64,000 nt of DNA from an uncultured Treponemataceae bacterium (GTDB lineage: Bacteria > Spirochaetota > Spirochaetia > Treponematales > UBA12059). The notes beneath the pieces are model-generated. The model was not told where the DNA came from, ran no database searches, and worked only from the letters and a program-made list of their open reading frames with translations. Made by a program: the position numbers and the translations under genes. Positions 16,475-23,538 of this stretch are shown one piece after another. How positions within the stretch are numbered: position 1 is the first letter of the stretch; each line of letters opens with the position of its first letter. The stretch spans positions 5,653 to 69,652 of the forward strand of contig CAYZZW010000004.1 of assembly GCA_964482955.1 (NCBI GenBank), written 5' to 3'.

Positions 16475-18265
16475 TCAGGTAAAGCGTCCGGCTGCGATGA
16501 GCCCGAGGTTGCGCGCGGCCGAGTCGGCGATGCCGCGGTAGATGCCGTCCGAGTGCGCGAGGATTTCCTCGAAGCTCCGCGCGGTGTTCGAGGCGAAGTC
16601 GTGGACCTGCGGAAAGAGGAAACCGGTCACGTCCTTCGCGGCGTTGGCCAAGATGCGTTCGTCGACGCGGTCGAGCCGCCCGAGCCAGGGCTTCACGTCC
16701 TCGCCGCGCCTGGCCGCTTGCCGCGCTCCGGCCACGAGTTCCGTGCCCGTCGTTCCCAGGCGCTTCATGTCCTCGAGCATGCCGACGAGTTCGTCCAGCG
16801 CGGCGTCGACCTCGGCTTCCCGGTCCACGGCCTGGCGCTTCGCGTCCGCCAGGAACGCGTCGACTCGGCCGCGCGCCTCGGGCAAGGCACCGAGTTCGCC
16901 GACCGGCGAGTGTTTCATGCCCGCGATGGCGAGCCCGCGCGCGGCGAGGGTGCGCGTGTCGGCCTCCGGGTGCTTCCCGACGCGGCTTTCGAACCACCAC
17001 GAATAGAGGATCATGCGCTTGTCGGTGATGGTCGTGCCGCCCGAGTTGTCGGGCGCCTTGAACGGCCCCGCGCCGAGCAGGGCGGCGAAGCCCTCGGTGG
17101 CCGCCGGCTTCAGGCGCTCGCCGCGCGTGAGGGCGCGCTGCTCGAAGAGGCTCGCCTTCGCGTGCGTGTGCCCGCCCGGGAACGAGAGGTCGAGCCCCGC
17201 CATGTAGATGGGGGCGCAGCCGAGCGTGCGCGCGAAGTCCCACGCCGTCGTGGCCACGGAGCCGCCGGCCCCGAGCTGCCCTTTCGGCGCGCCCGCGCGC
17301 CGTTCGAGGAAGGAGCCGAGCGGGAAGAGCGACGAGCAGAGGTAGGTCGCCGCGCACGGGAAGCGGAAGGTACTAGGCCACGCCGCGCACTCGGTCACGA
17401 GAATGGACGAAGGCGACGCCGAGCGGTCGAGGTGCCGGGCGTTCCAGTACTGCGGATCGACGACGACGACGAAGTCGGGCTCGACGCCCGCGCGGAGGAG
17501 GCTCCGGAGCGCCGTGTCGACGGCCACGATCACCGCGCCGCGACGCGCTTCCTTGAGGACGGGCAGGACTTCGTCCAGGCTCGGCCCCGCCGCGCAGACG
17601 AGGGCCGGCACGCCAGCGAGTCCGCCCGCGAGGGACGCCACGCCGGGCCTTCTCCCGATCTCGCGCGCGTTGCGGGCGATGTTGCGCACCCAGAGCTTCC
17701 CGAAGCGCTTGAGCGTGTTCCGGTTGATCGTCTCCTTCCCCTCGAAGCGCTCGACGGCCGACTTCGCGCCTGCATACCACTCCGGCGCGAGGGCGGTGAC
17801 CGCCTTGCACTCGTGCACGGCGACGCGACGCGTCTCGAGCCGGTCGAAGGCCCAGTAGACGGCTTCCGGATCCGAGGCGACGAGGAGCCCGACTTCCTCG
17901 CGGGCGAGGAGGTGCGACACGTCGCGGTGGCGGAGGCAGGAGGCGAGCACGTTCCCCGAGGCTTCCGCGACGAGGAGGCGCGCGCGCGGCAGGCGCTGGA
18001 GCACAGCCTCGGCGACGTAGCCGAGGCCGAGCCCGAAGAGCACGACGGTGTCGGGCGACGACGCGGCCAGCTCCGACGCGACGCGGTCCGCCTCCGAGCG
18101 CGGGTCGTAGCGCGAGTGGAGGAGGAGCCCGCCGATCGCCGCGGTCGCCTCGCCGCGGGACGAGACGACCTTCTCCACCGCGACGGGTTCGGCAGCGGCG
18201 AGTTCCTCCGCGAGCGCGGGGAAGCGGAGCGCGATGGCTCCCAGGTTGCGTTCGAGGGCGGTCAT
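16475..18265 (-). CDS. DUF115 / MptE-like, motility-associated-factor (Maf) family protein
   Basis: This is the C-terminal 596 aa of track ORF 16475-20137. The true start, ATG 18265, overlaps the PBP stop (ATGA). The product starts MTALERNLGAIALRFPALAEEL. The core LVCAAGPSLDE...IVAVDTALRSLLRAGVEPDFVVVVDPQ resembles the MptE-like/DUF115 fold of Maf proteins; this assignment is from memory of the family, not a search. Confidence 0.55.
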   Translation of the reverse strand: MTALERNLGAIALRFPALAEELAAAEPVAVEKVVSSRGEATAAIGGLLLHSRYDPRSEADRVASELAASSPDTVVLFGLGLGYVAEAVLQRLPRARLLVAEASGNVLASCLRHRDVSHLLAREEVGLLVASDPEAVYWAFDRLETRRVAVHECKAVTALAPEWYAGAKSAVERFEGKETINRNTLKRFGKLWVRNIARNAREIGRRPGVASLAGGLAGVPALVCAAGPSLDEVLPVLKEARRGAVIVAVDTALRSLLRAGVEPDFVVVVDPQYWNARHLDRSASPSSILVTECAAWPSTFRFPCAATYLCSSLFPLGSFLERRAGAPKGQLGAGGSVATTAWDFARTLGCAPIYMAGLDLSFPGGHTHAKASLFEQRALTRGERLKPAATEGFAALLGAGPFKAPDNSGGTTITDKRMILYSWWFESRVGKHPEADTRTLAARGLAIAGMKHSPVGELGALPEARGRVDAFLADAKRQAVDREAEVDAALDELVGMLEDMKRLGTTGTELVAGARQAARRGEDVKPWLGRLDRVDERILANAAKDVTGFLFPQVHDFASNTARSFEEILAHSDGIYRGIADSAARNLGLIAAGRFT

Positions 18266-20160
18266 TCGAGCGTGAGCCTCACCGTCATGCCCGCGACGAC
18301 GGACGTGCCCGCCGCCGGTTCCTGCGCGACCACGTAGCCCTCGCCCTCGATGACGACCGTGAGGTCCTTCCGCGCGAGGAGGCCGAGGAGTCTGCGCTTC
18401 GGCACGCCGGTCAGGTCGGGCATGACGCTCCCGATCTCGACCGGACCGGTGTCCGGCACCGGTACGACGCCGGGATGCCGCACCGTCGTGGACGAACCCC
18501 GCGCGAGACCGTAGTGGCGGATGACCAGCTCGGCGGTTTCGCGCACCGGCGGGGCCGCGATGCGTCCGCCCTGGATCGAGTCGCCGCGCGGCTTCGAGAG
18601 CGCCAGATAGACGACGAAGCGCGGGGCCTCCGTCGGGAAGATGGCGATGCACGAGGCGATGAAGTCGGTGGCCGAGTAGCCGCGCTTGCCGGGCTCCGTC
18701 ATTTGCGCGGTGCCCGTCTTCACGGACACGCGGACGTCGGGGATCTTGGCGCGCCAGCCGGAGCCGCCCTCGAGCGAAGCGGCTTCCATGGCGGCGAGCA
18801 CGGCGCGCGCCGTCTCCGCCGACACGACGCGGACGCCGGAGGGCGCGATCTCGCGCGCGGTCGAGCCGTCGGCCGCGACGACGCGCCGGGCGACGATCGG
18901 CTTCATCATCACGCCGCCGTTCCCAACGGCGCTCGCCGCCTGCACGATCTGGAGGGCGGTCACCGAGATCTCCTGGCCGAACGCGATCGTCGGCTTCGTG
19001 CGTCCCGACCAGTCCTCGACCTTCGCGAGGCGTCCCGGGCTCTCGCCGGGGAGGGTGACGCCGGTGCGCGAGCCGAACCCGAAGCGCGTGAGCATGTCGT
19101 AGAAGTCGAGGGCCGGCACGCGGTCCGCGGCGTAGGCGGCTCCCGCGTTGCACGAATACATGAGGATGCTCGTGAGGTCGACGGTTCCGTGGACGCCCAT
19201 GTCCTTGATGACGATGCGTTCGCCGAGGCCCGTCACGCGGACGTAGCTCCCGTCGCACGCGAACGTCGTGGTCGGGTCGATCGCGCCGAGCTCGAGGACC
19301 GACGCCATCGTGAAGACCTTCATCACGGAGCCCGGCTCGAAGGCCGAGGTGGCGGGCAAATCCGCGTAGCGTTCGGCGGGATAGGACAGGAAGTCGTTCG
19401 GATCGAAGTCGGGCAGGGCGACGTACGCGGCGATCTCGCCCGTATCCACCGCGGAGACGAGGAGGATGGCGGACTCGGCCTTGTTGTCCTCGAGGGCGCG
19501 CCGGGCGATCTCCTCCGCCTGGAACTGGAGGTCGGCGTCGATCGACAGGATGACCGAGTCGCCGCGGACGCCGCCGTCCGGCCCGGGCGCGCGGCCGCGT
19601 GGCGAGAGGTCCTCGTCGAAGCGCTGTTCGATGCCGACGAGGCCGTGGCCGTCGTCGCCCGTGAAGCCGACGAGGCGGCTCGCGAGCGTGCCCTCCGGAT
19701 AGACGCGGCCGGGCACGCGCTCGACGACGAAGCCGCGGAGGCCGCCGGAGCGGCGGGCGTCCTGCACGCGCCGCGCCACCGACGGCTGCACGCGCTTGGC
19801 GACATAGAGGAAGTCGCTGCCGCTCGATTCGATTTTCGACGCGATCTCGAGCGAGGTCGGGGGCGCGCCGTCCGACCCTTCGGCGAGCAGGCCGGCGAGG
19901 AACTCGGCGTCGGAAGCCAGCGCGGCCCTGTCGAGCTCGGGACGCCACACGGCGATGTTGTAGAGGGAGGTCTCGAAGGCCAGCGATCGCCCGTTCGCGT
20001 CGAGGATCTCGCCGCGCGTCACCTGCGGCGACCGCTCCGCCTGAGCGGACGGACCGAGGGCCGCGAGCCTGGCGTAGGTGGCGAGGATGTAGGCGGCAAA
20101 CGCGCCGATCGCGGCCAGCACGGCGGCGCGGCGCCAATGAAGGCGGACGGGTGATGCCAT
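18262..20160 (-). CDS. Class B penicillin-binding protein (transpeptidase) with C-terminal PASTA domain
   Basis: 632 aa with an N-terminal TM anchor (AAVLAAIGAFAAYILATYA). Motifs are SVMK (SxxK), SCN (SxN) and KTGT. The C-terminal PASTA-like module is MPDLTGVPKRRLLGLLARKDLTVVIEGEGYVVAQEPAAGTSVVAGMTVRLTLE. Confidence 0.85.
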   Translation of the reverse strand: MASPVRLHWRRAAVLAAIGAFAAYILATYARLAALGPSAQAERSPQVTRGEILDANGRSLAFETSLYNIAVWRPELDRAALASDAEFLAGLLAEGSDGAPPTSLEIASKIESSGSDFLYVAKRVQPSVARRVQDARRSGGLRGFVVERVPGRVYPEGTLASRLVGFTGDDGHGLVGIEQRFDEDLSPRGRAPGPDGGVRGDSVILSIDADLQFQAEEIARRALEDNKAESAILLVSAVDTGEIAAYVALPDFDPNDFLSYPAERYADLPATSAFEPGSVMKVFTMASVLELGAIDPTTTFACDGSYVRVTGLGERIVIKDMGVHGTVDLTSILMYSCNAGAAYAADRVPALDFYDMLTRFGFGSRTGVTLPGESPGRLAKVEDWSGRTKPTIAFGQEISVTALQIVQAASAVGNGGVMMKPIVARRVVAADGSTAREIAPSGVRVVSAETARAVLAAMEAASLEGGSGWRAKIPDVRVSVKTGTAQMTEPGKRGYSATDFIASCIAIFPTEAPRFVVYLALSKPRGDSIQGGRIAAPPVRETAELVIRHYGLARGSSTTVRHPGVVPVPDTGPVEIGSVMPDLTGVPKRRLLGLLARKDLTVVIEGEGYVVAQEPAAGTSVVAGMTVRLTLE

Positions 20161-20166
20161 GGCGTC

Positions 20167-20688
20167 TTATTCGCCGAAAGGTAGCACGGTTCCGATCACC
20201 TTCTCAATCGGGAGCGGCCCGTAGGACCGCGAGTCGACGGACTCGAACCAGTTCGTGCCGACGAGGAAGACCGTGCCCGCGGGCACGGCGATCGACCCGG
20301 TCGCCTCCGAGCCGGCGGCCGAGGGCACCCGGGCGCCGTCCGGCCGCGCGATCCCGCCGCCCGAAACCGCGAGCGCGCAGGGTCCGACGGCGAAGACGCG
20401 CTTGACGATCCTGCCGCGCGGTCCGTCCGCGGCCACGAGCTCGTCCTGGGCCGGCGTCCGCCACCGGAGCGCGTAGACCGAGGCGATCGGGATCCGAAGC
20501 CCGTAGGCGCAGCGCGCGACGAGCACCACGTCGCCCTGGGACAGGGACGGTTCCATGGAACCGCCCTGCACGAAGGCCAGGTCGACGAAGCACGACTTGA
20601 CGACGAGGGCCAGCGCGATCGCCAGGGCCACGATCCGGCCGGGGGCGGCCGCGGGTGGCTTGCGTCGCGTCGGAGGCGTTTCGTCCAT
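20167..20688 (-). CDS. lepB: Signal peptidase I
   Basis: 173 aa with a TM anchor. The Ser box is GGSMEPSL, the Lys box is IVKRVFAV, and the C-terminal box is VGTNWFESVDSRSYGPLP. Confidence 0.85.
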   Translation of the reverse strand: MDETPPTRRKPPAAAPGRIVALAIALALVVKSCFVDLAFVQGGSMEPSLSQGDVVLVARCAYGLRIPIASVYALRWRTPAQDELVAADGPRGRIVKRVFAVGPCALAVSGGGIARPDGARVPSAAGSEATGSIAVPAGTVFLVGTNWFESVDSRSYGPLPIEKVIGTVLPFGE

Positions 20689-20718
20689 GATTCGGGTCGA
20701 GTCCGTGTCGCGCTCCTT

Positions 20719-20817
20719 GCCGAATCCGCCTGATTCGCCGAATCGTCTTGATTCGCGGAATCAGGCGGATTCGCGGAATCAGGCGGATTCGCGGAATCAG
20801 GCGGATTCGCGGAATCC
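20719..20817. repeat. 18-bp tandem repeat, 5.5 copies, each unit GAATC-N5-GATTC
   Basis: The units are gccGAATCcgcctGATTC (20719-20736) and gccGAATCgtcttGATTC (20737-20754). These are followed by three copies of gcgGAATCaggcgGATTC (20755-20772, 20773-20790, 20791-20808) and a partial gcggaatcc. The array lies in the 172-bp divergent region between lepB and the M23 peptidase gene. Confidence 0.95.
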
Positions 20818-20860
20818 TACTGTAAAAAGACGCGCGCTTTTTGTCGATAAGAAAAGGGCA

Positions 20861-22141
20861 ATGGAATTCGACGGCATCATCGGCACCCAAAAAGTAGACC
20901 GCAGGGCGGCGGCCCCGGCCCGCGACGACGCGCGCCCCGCCACCTTCGCGCTGAACCGCCAGACGCCCGTGCGGCGTCCGGCGGACCGTCCCGCGCGCGC
21001 GGTCGCCGCGAAAGGCGACGGCTTCCGCTTCGAGTCGATCCTGCCCGTCGGGGCGTCGGCTTCCGCGAATGTCGCCGTGGCGCCGAACGGAATGTCCCGT
21101 CAGGCGGTTCTGCCCGCCTTCGGCCGGACGAGCCGGGTCCTCAAGCGGCTCGCGGGGAAACTCCGGGGCTTTGGCCAAGGGCAAGGACCCGGCCTTGGCC
21201 CGGGCAGACTCGCCGTCCTGGCGCCGATCGCGCTGTCCTTCCTCGTCGCCGCGATTCTCGTCTCTTGGTCCCTGTCGCTGTCCGTCAGCGACGCGGTGGC
21301 CCCCATCGCCCTGCCCGCCGAGACCGCGAGCGAATCGGACCTGCTCCTTTCCTTCATATCGCCCGGACTCCAGGCGGACGACGAATCCGAAACCATCGAC
21401 GTGCCCAAGACCCCGGTGACCCTCACCGTGACCACCTACACCATCCGCCGCGGCGACAGCCTCGGGGGCATCGCCACGAAGTTCGGCGTGAGCCTGGACA
21501 GCCTCCTCAGCATGAACGGCATCAGGAACGCCTCGCGGGTGGCCGCGGGCACGGTGCTCAAGATCCCCAACATGTCCGGCATCGTCCACAAGGTGGCGCG
21601 GGGCGAAAACCTCTCCGCCATCTCGACGCGCTACAAGGTTCCCGTCGTGACCATCCTCGACGCGAACGACCTGGCCTCGGAAACCCTTGCCGTCGGCATG
21701 ACGCTCTTCATCCCCGGCGCGCGCCTGTCGCAGAGCGAAATGAACCGCGCGCTCGGAAAGCTCGTCATCTGGCCCGTACGCGGCCGCCTCAGTTCCTATT
21801 ACGGCTACCGCACGAGCCCCTTCTCCGGCGCGCGGCAGTTCCACAACGGCCTCGACATCGTGGCGGACTACGGCACCGGCGTGAAAGCCGCCATGGAAGG
21901 CAGCGTCGCCGACACGGGCTACAACACCGTGTACGGCAACTACGTCATCCTGTCCCATCCGGGCGGATACCAGACGATGTACGGTCACATGAGCAAGGTG
22001 AACGTCCGCAAGGGCGCCTCGCTCAAGCAGGGCGCGATCATAGGCGCGGTGGGCAATTCCGGCATCAGCACCGGATCGCACCTCCACTTCTCGTTGTTCA
22101 AGGGCGGTTCCGCGATCAATCCGCTCAAACTGCTGAACTAG
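20861..22141 (+). CDS. Membrane-anchored LysM-domain M23 family metallopeptidase
   Basis: Track ORF 20555-22141. The preferred start is ATG 20861, after AAAAGGG. There is a TM segment LAVLAPIALSFLVAAILVSW. Two LysM modules are present (YTIRRGDSLGGIATKFGVSLDSLLSMNG and HKVARGENLSAISTRYKVPVVTILDAN). The M23 motifs are HNGLDI and GNSGISTGSHLHFS. Confidence 0.88.
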   Translation: MEFDGIIGTQKVDRRAAAPARDDARPATFALNRQTPVRRPADRPARAVAAKGDGFRFESILPVGASASANVAVAPNGMSRQAVLPAFGRTSRVLKRLAGKLRGFGQGQGPGLGPGRLAVLAPIALSFLVAAILVSWSLSLSVSDAVAPIALPAETASESDLLLSFISPGLQADDESETIDVPKTPVTLTVTTYTIRRGDSLGGIATKFGVSLDSLLSMNGIRNASRVAAGTVLKIPNMSGIVHKVARGENLSAISTRYKVPVVTILDANDLASETLAVGMTLFIPGARLSQSEMNRALGKLVIWPVRGRLSSYYGYRTSPFSGARQFHNGLDIVADYGTGVKAAMEGSVADTGYNTVYGNYVILSHPGGYQTMYGHMSKVNVRKGASLKQGAIIGAVGNSGISTGSHLHFSLFKGGSAINPLKLLN

Positions 22142-22160
22142 CGCCTTTTTTCGCGTGCTT

Positions 22161-22181
22161 CGTCACGCTTTTGGCGTGACG
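22161..22181 (+). terminator. Candidate terminator hairpin after the M23 gene
   Basis: CGTCACGC-TTTTG-GCGTGACG gives an 8-bp stem. It is followed by the T-rich stretch gatcttgatttt. Confidence 0.35.
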
Positions 22182-22234
22182 GATCTTGATTTTCGCTGCG
22201 GTCGGATGTAGGATTCCGCGGTCGGGGGAATGCC

Positions 22235-22366
22235 ATGAGAAAACTCGTCGTCGTCGTCATCGTCATGCTTGCAATCTTCACCTTCATCCGCGAAATGCCG
22301 TCGGCTTCGGGCGCTGACGCCGCCAGCGTCCAGAACGCGGCCATGTCGGTCATCGGCCAGAACTGA
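22235..22366 (+). CDS. Small hydrophobic peptide (43 aa), hypothetical
   Basis: The ORF is below the track size cut-off. ATG 22235 lies 4 nt after GGGGGA. The product is MRKLVVVVIVMLAIFTFIREMPSASGADAASVQNAAMSVIGQN, ending at TGA 22364-22366. The N-terminus looks like a signal or TM segment. No homology is known to me. Confidence 0.35.
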   Translation: MRKLVVVVIVMLAIFTFIREMPSASGADAASVQNAAMSVIGQN

Positions 22367-22407
22367 ACCTCGGATTCCGACTGGACCCGTGTCCCGCTGA
22401 ATCGCGC

Positions 22408-22456
22408 TAAAAATCCAAAATCTCCAAAAAGTCCAAAACCTCCAAAACCTCCAATC
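22408..22456. repeat. Imperfect ~9-bp A-tract repeat (TCCAAAAnC), 5 copies
   Basis: The sequence ctaaaaatccaaaatctccaaaaagtccaaaacctccaaaacctccaatc has A4-5 tracts recurring every 8-9 bp. It lies inside the AT-rich island upstream of the sigma factor gene. Confidence 0.85.
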
Positions 22457-22508
22457 TGAACGAATATCTCTAATTTAGACAATGATTTGCATGCAACTAC
22501 CCGTCATA

Positions 22509-22553
22509 AAAGTAGACAGCAATACATGAGTCGTTTGGCGAATAAAGTAGACA
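22509..22553 (+). promoter_or_regulatory. Direct repeat AAAGTAGACA x2 (candidate upstream activator sites)
   Basis: AAAGTAGACA occurs at 22509-22518 and 22544-22553, a 35-bp spacing. The copies lie about 140 and 105 bp upstream of the sigma-54 -24 element, the usual distance for enhancer-binding-protein sites. Confidence 0.3.
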
Positions 22554-22648
22554 CTTATACCCCGGGGTCCAGCATCCTGCCATGCCGTAAAATTGTAATT
22601 CGTTATCACGCAATAGAATACCGTTTTAGTTCAACTCTTCAACGGTCT

Positions 22649-22664
22649 TGGCACGGTCTTTGCT
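22649..22664 (+). promoter_or_regulatory. Sigma-54 (RpoN) dependent -24/-12 promoter
   Basis: TGGCAC(22649-22654)-GGTCT-TTGCT(22660-22664) is an exact match to TGGCAC-N5-TTGCW. The GG (22650-51) and GC (22662-63) are 12 bp apart. The element lies 19 nt upstream of ATG 22683. Confidence 0.7.
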
Positions 22665-22682
22665 TTACTAAAGGCGGAGACT

Positions 22683-23531
22683 ATGATGAAGACCACCACG
22701 AAGACCGTCGATCGCGAGGACACGCTCAATGCGTACTACGCGAAAATCAAGCTGATTCCCCTCCTGAGCGCCGAAGATGAAGCCGAGCTGTCGCGGCGAA
22801 TCCGAGCGGGAGACGAAGCGGCGCGCAAGCGACTCATCGAGTCGAACCTCCGGCTCGTCGTCAAGATCGCGCGGTCCTTCGCCACGAGCGACGTGCCCCT
22901 CGTCGATCTCATCCAGGAAGGCAACATGGGCTTGATCCGCGCCGCGGAAAAGTACGACGACCGCCGCCAGGTGCGTTTTTCCACCTACGCTTCCTGGTGG
23001 ATCAAGCAGGCCATCACCCGCTCCCTCGTCAACTCGCGCCGCTCCATCCGCCTGCCCCACCGCAAGGAAGAGCTTCTCCGCAAGGTGCAGAAGTCCTACG
23101 CGGGCCTCACGCAGACCCTCGGACGCGAGCCCACCACCGCGGAGCTCTCGCACGACGTCGGCCGCCCCGAAGACGTCGTCGGCAAGGTGCTCGGCATGTC
23201 CGCCTCGCCCGTGTCGCTCGACGGCGAAACCGGCGACGAGTCCGGCAGCTTCCTCGACGTGTTCGAAGACTATACCTACAGCCCCGACGGCGACCTCATG
23301 AAGGAATGCCTCCGCCAGAAGGCGCTCGAGATGCTCGAAGTGCTCATGGAAAAGGAAAAGCAGATCCTCATGTACCGCTTCGAGTTCTACCAGGGCCGGA
23401 AGTACACCCTCAAGACCATCGGCGACCGCCTCGGCATCTCGCCGGAGACCGTCCGCCAGATCGAAAAGCGAGCCATCCGCCGCCTCCGCGCCGAGAGCAC
23501 GGAAGAACTCCTCGAGTTCGTCGGGGCTTGA
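22683..23531 (+). CDS. Sigma-70 family RNA polymerase sigma factor, RpoS-like (group 2/3)
   Basis: 282 aa. Region 2 is LIESNLRLVVKIARSF...LIQEGNMGLIRAAEKYD...FSTYASWWIKQAITRS. Region 3 is TAELSHDVG. Region 4 is ILMYRF...YTLKTIGDRLGISPETVRQIEKRAIRRLR. Two adjacent ATGs are present (22683 and 22686); the second has better spacing from GGAG 22676-22679. Confidence 0.85.
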   Translation: MMKTTTKTVDREDTLNAYYAKIKLIPLLSAEDEAELSRRIRAGDEAARKRLIESNLRLVVKIARSFATSDVPLVDLIQEGNMGLIRAAEKYDDRRQVRFSTYASWWIKQAITRSLVNSRRSIRLPHRKEELLRKVQKSYAGLTQTLGREPTTAELSHDVGRPEDVVGKVLGMSASPVSLDGETGDESGSFLDVFEDYTYSPDGDLMKECLRQKALEMLEVLMEKEKQILMYRFEFYQGRKYTLKTIGDRLGISPETVRQIEKRAIRRLRAESTEELLEFVGA

Positions 23532-23538
23532 TTCCGGC

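Noticed and set aside
18266-20137. N-terminal 620 aa of the 1220-aa track ORF 16475-20137
   Set aside because: This portion is an Arg/Pro-rich read-through in an alternative frame of the PBP gene. The real gene starts at ATG 18265, which overlaps the PBP stop codon. The same logic was applied to ORFs 23539-25440, 31462-32643, 15261-16220 and 24309-25865.
20824-20842. aaaaagacgcgcgcttttt, which looked like a bidirectional terminator between the array and the M23 gene
   Set aside because: The only possible stem is the self-complementary GCGCGC with no loop. That is too short to be a credible intrinsic terminator. It may just be part of the promoter region.
20555-20860. N-terminal extension of the M23 peptidase ORF, translating the tandem array as DSRNQADSRNQADSRNQ
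   Set aside because: The extension overlaps the lepB coding region on the other strand and reads through a non-coding repeat array. ATG 20861, with an upstream purine-rich RBS, is the sensible start.
22138-22482. 114-aa minus-strand ORF across the AT-rich island
   Set aside because: Its Gly/Phe-rich N-terminus is simply the translated A-tract repeat. It is antisense to the better-supported 43-codon ORF and has no RBS.
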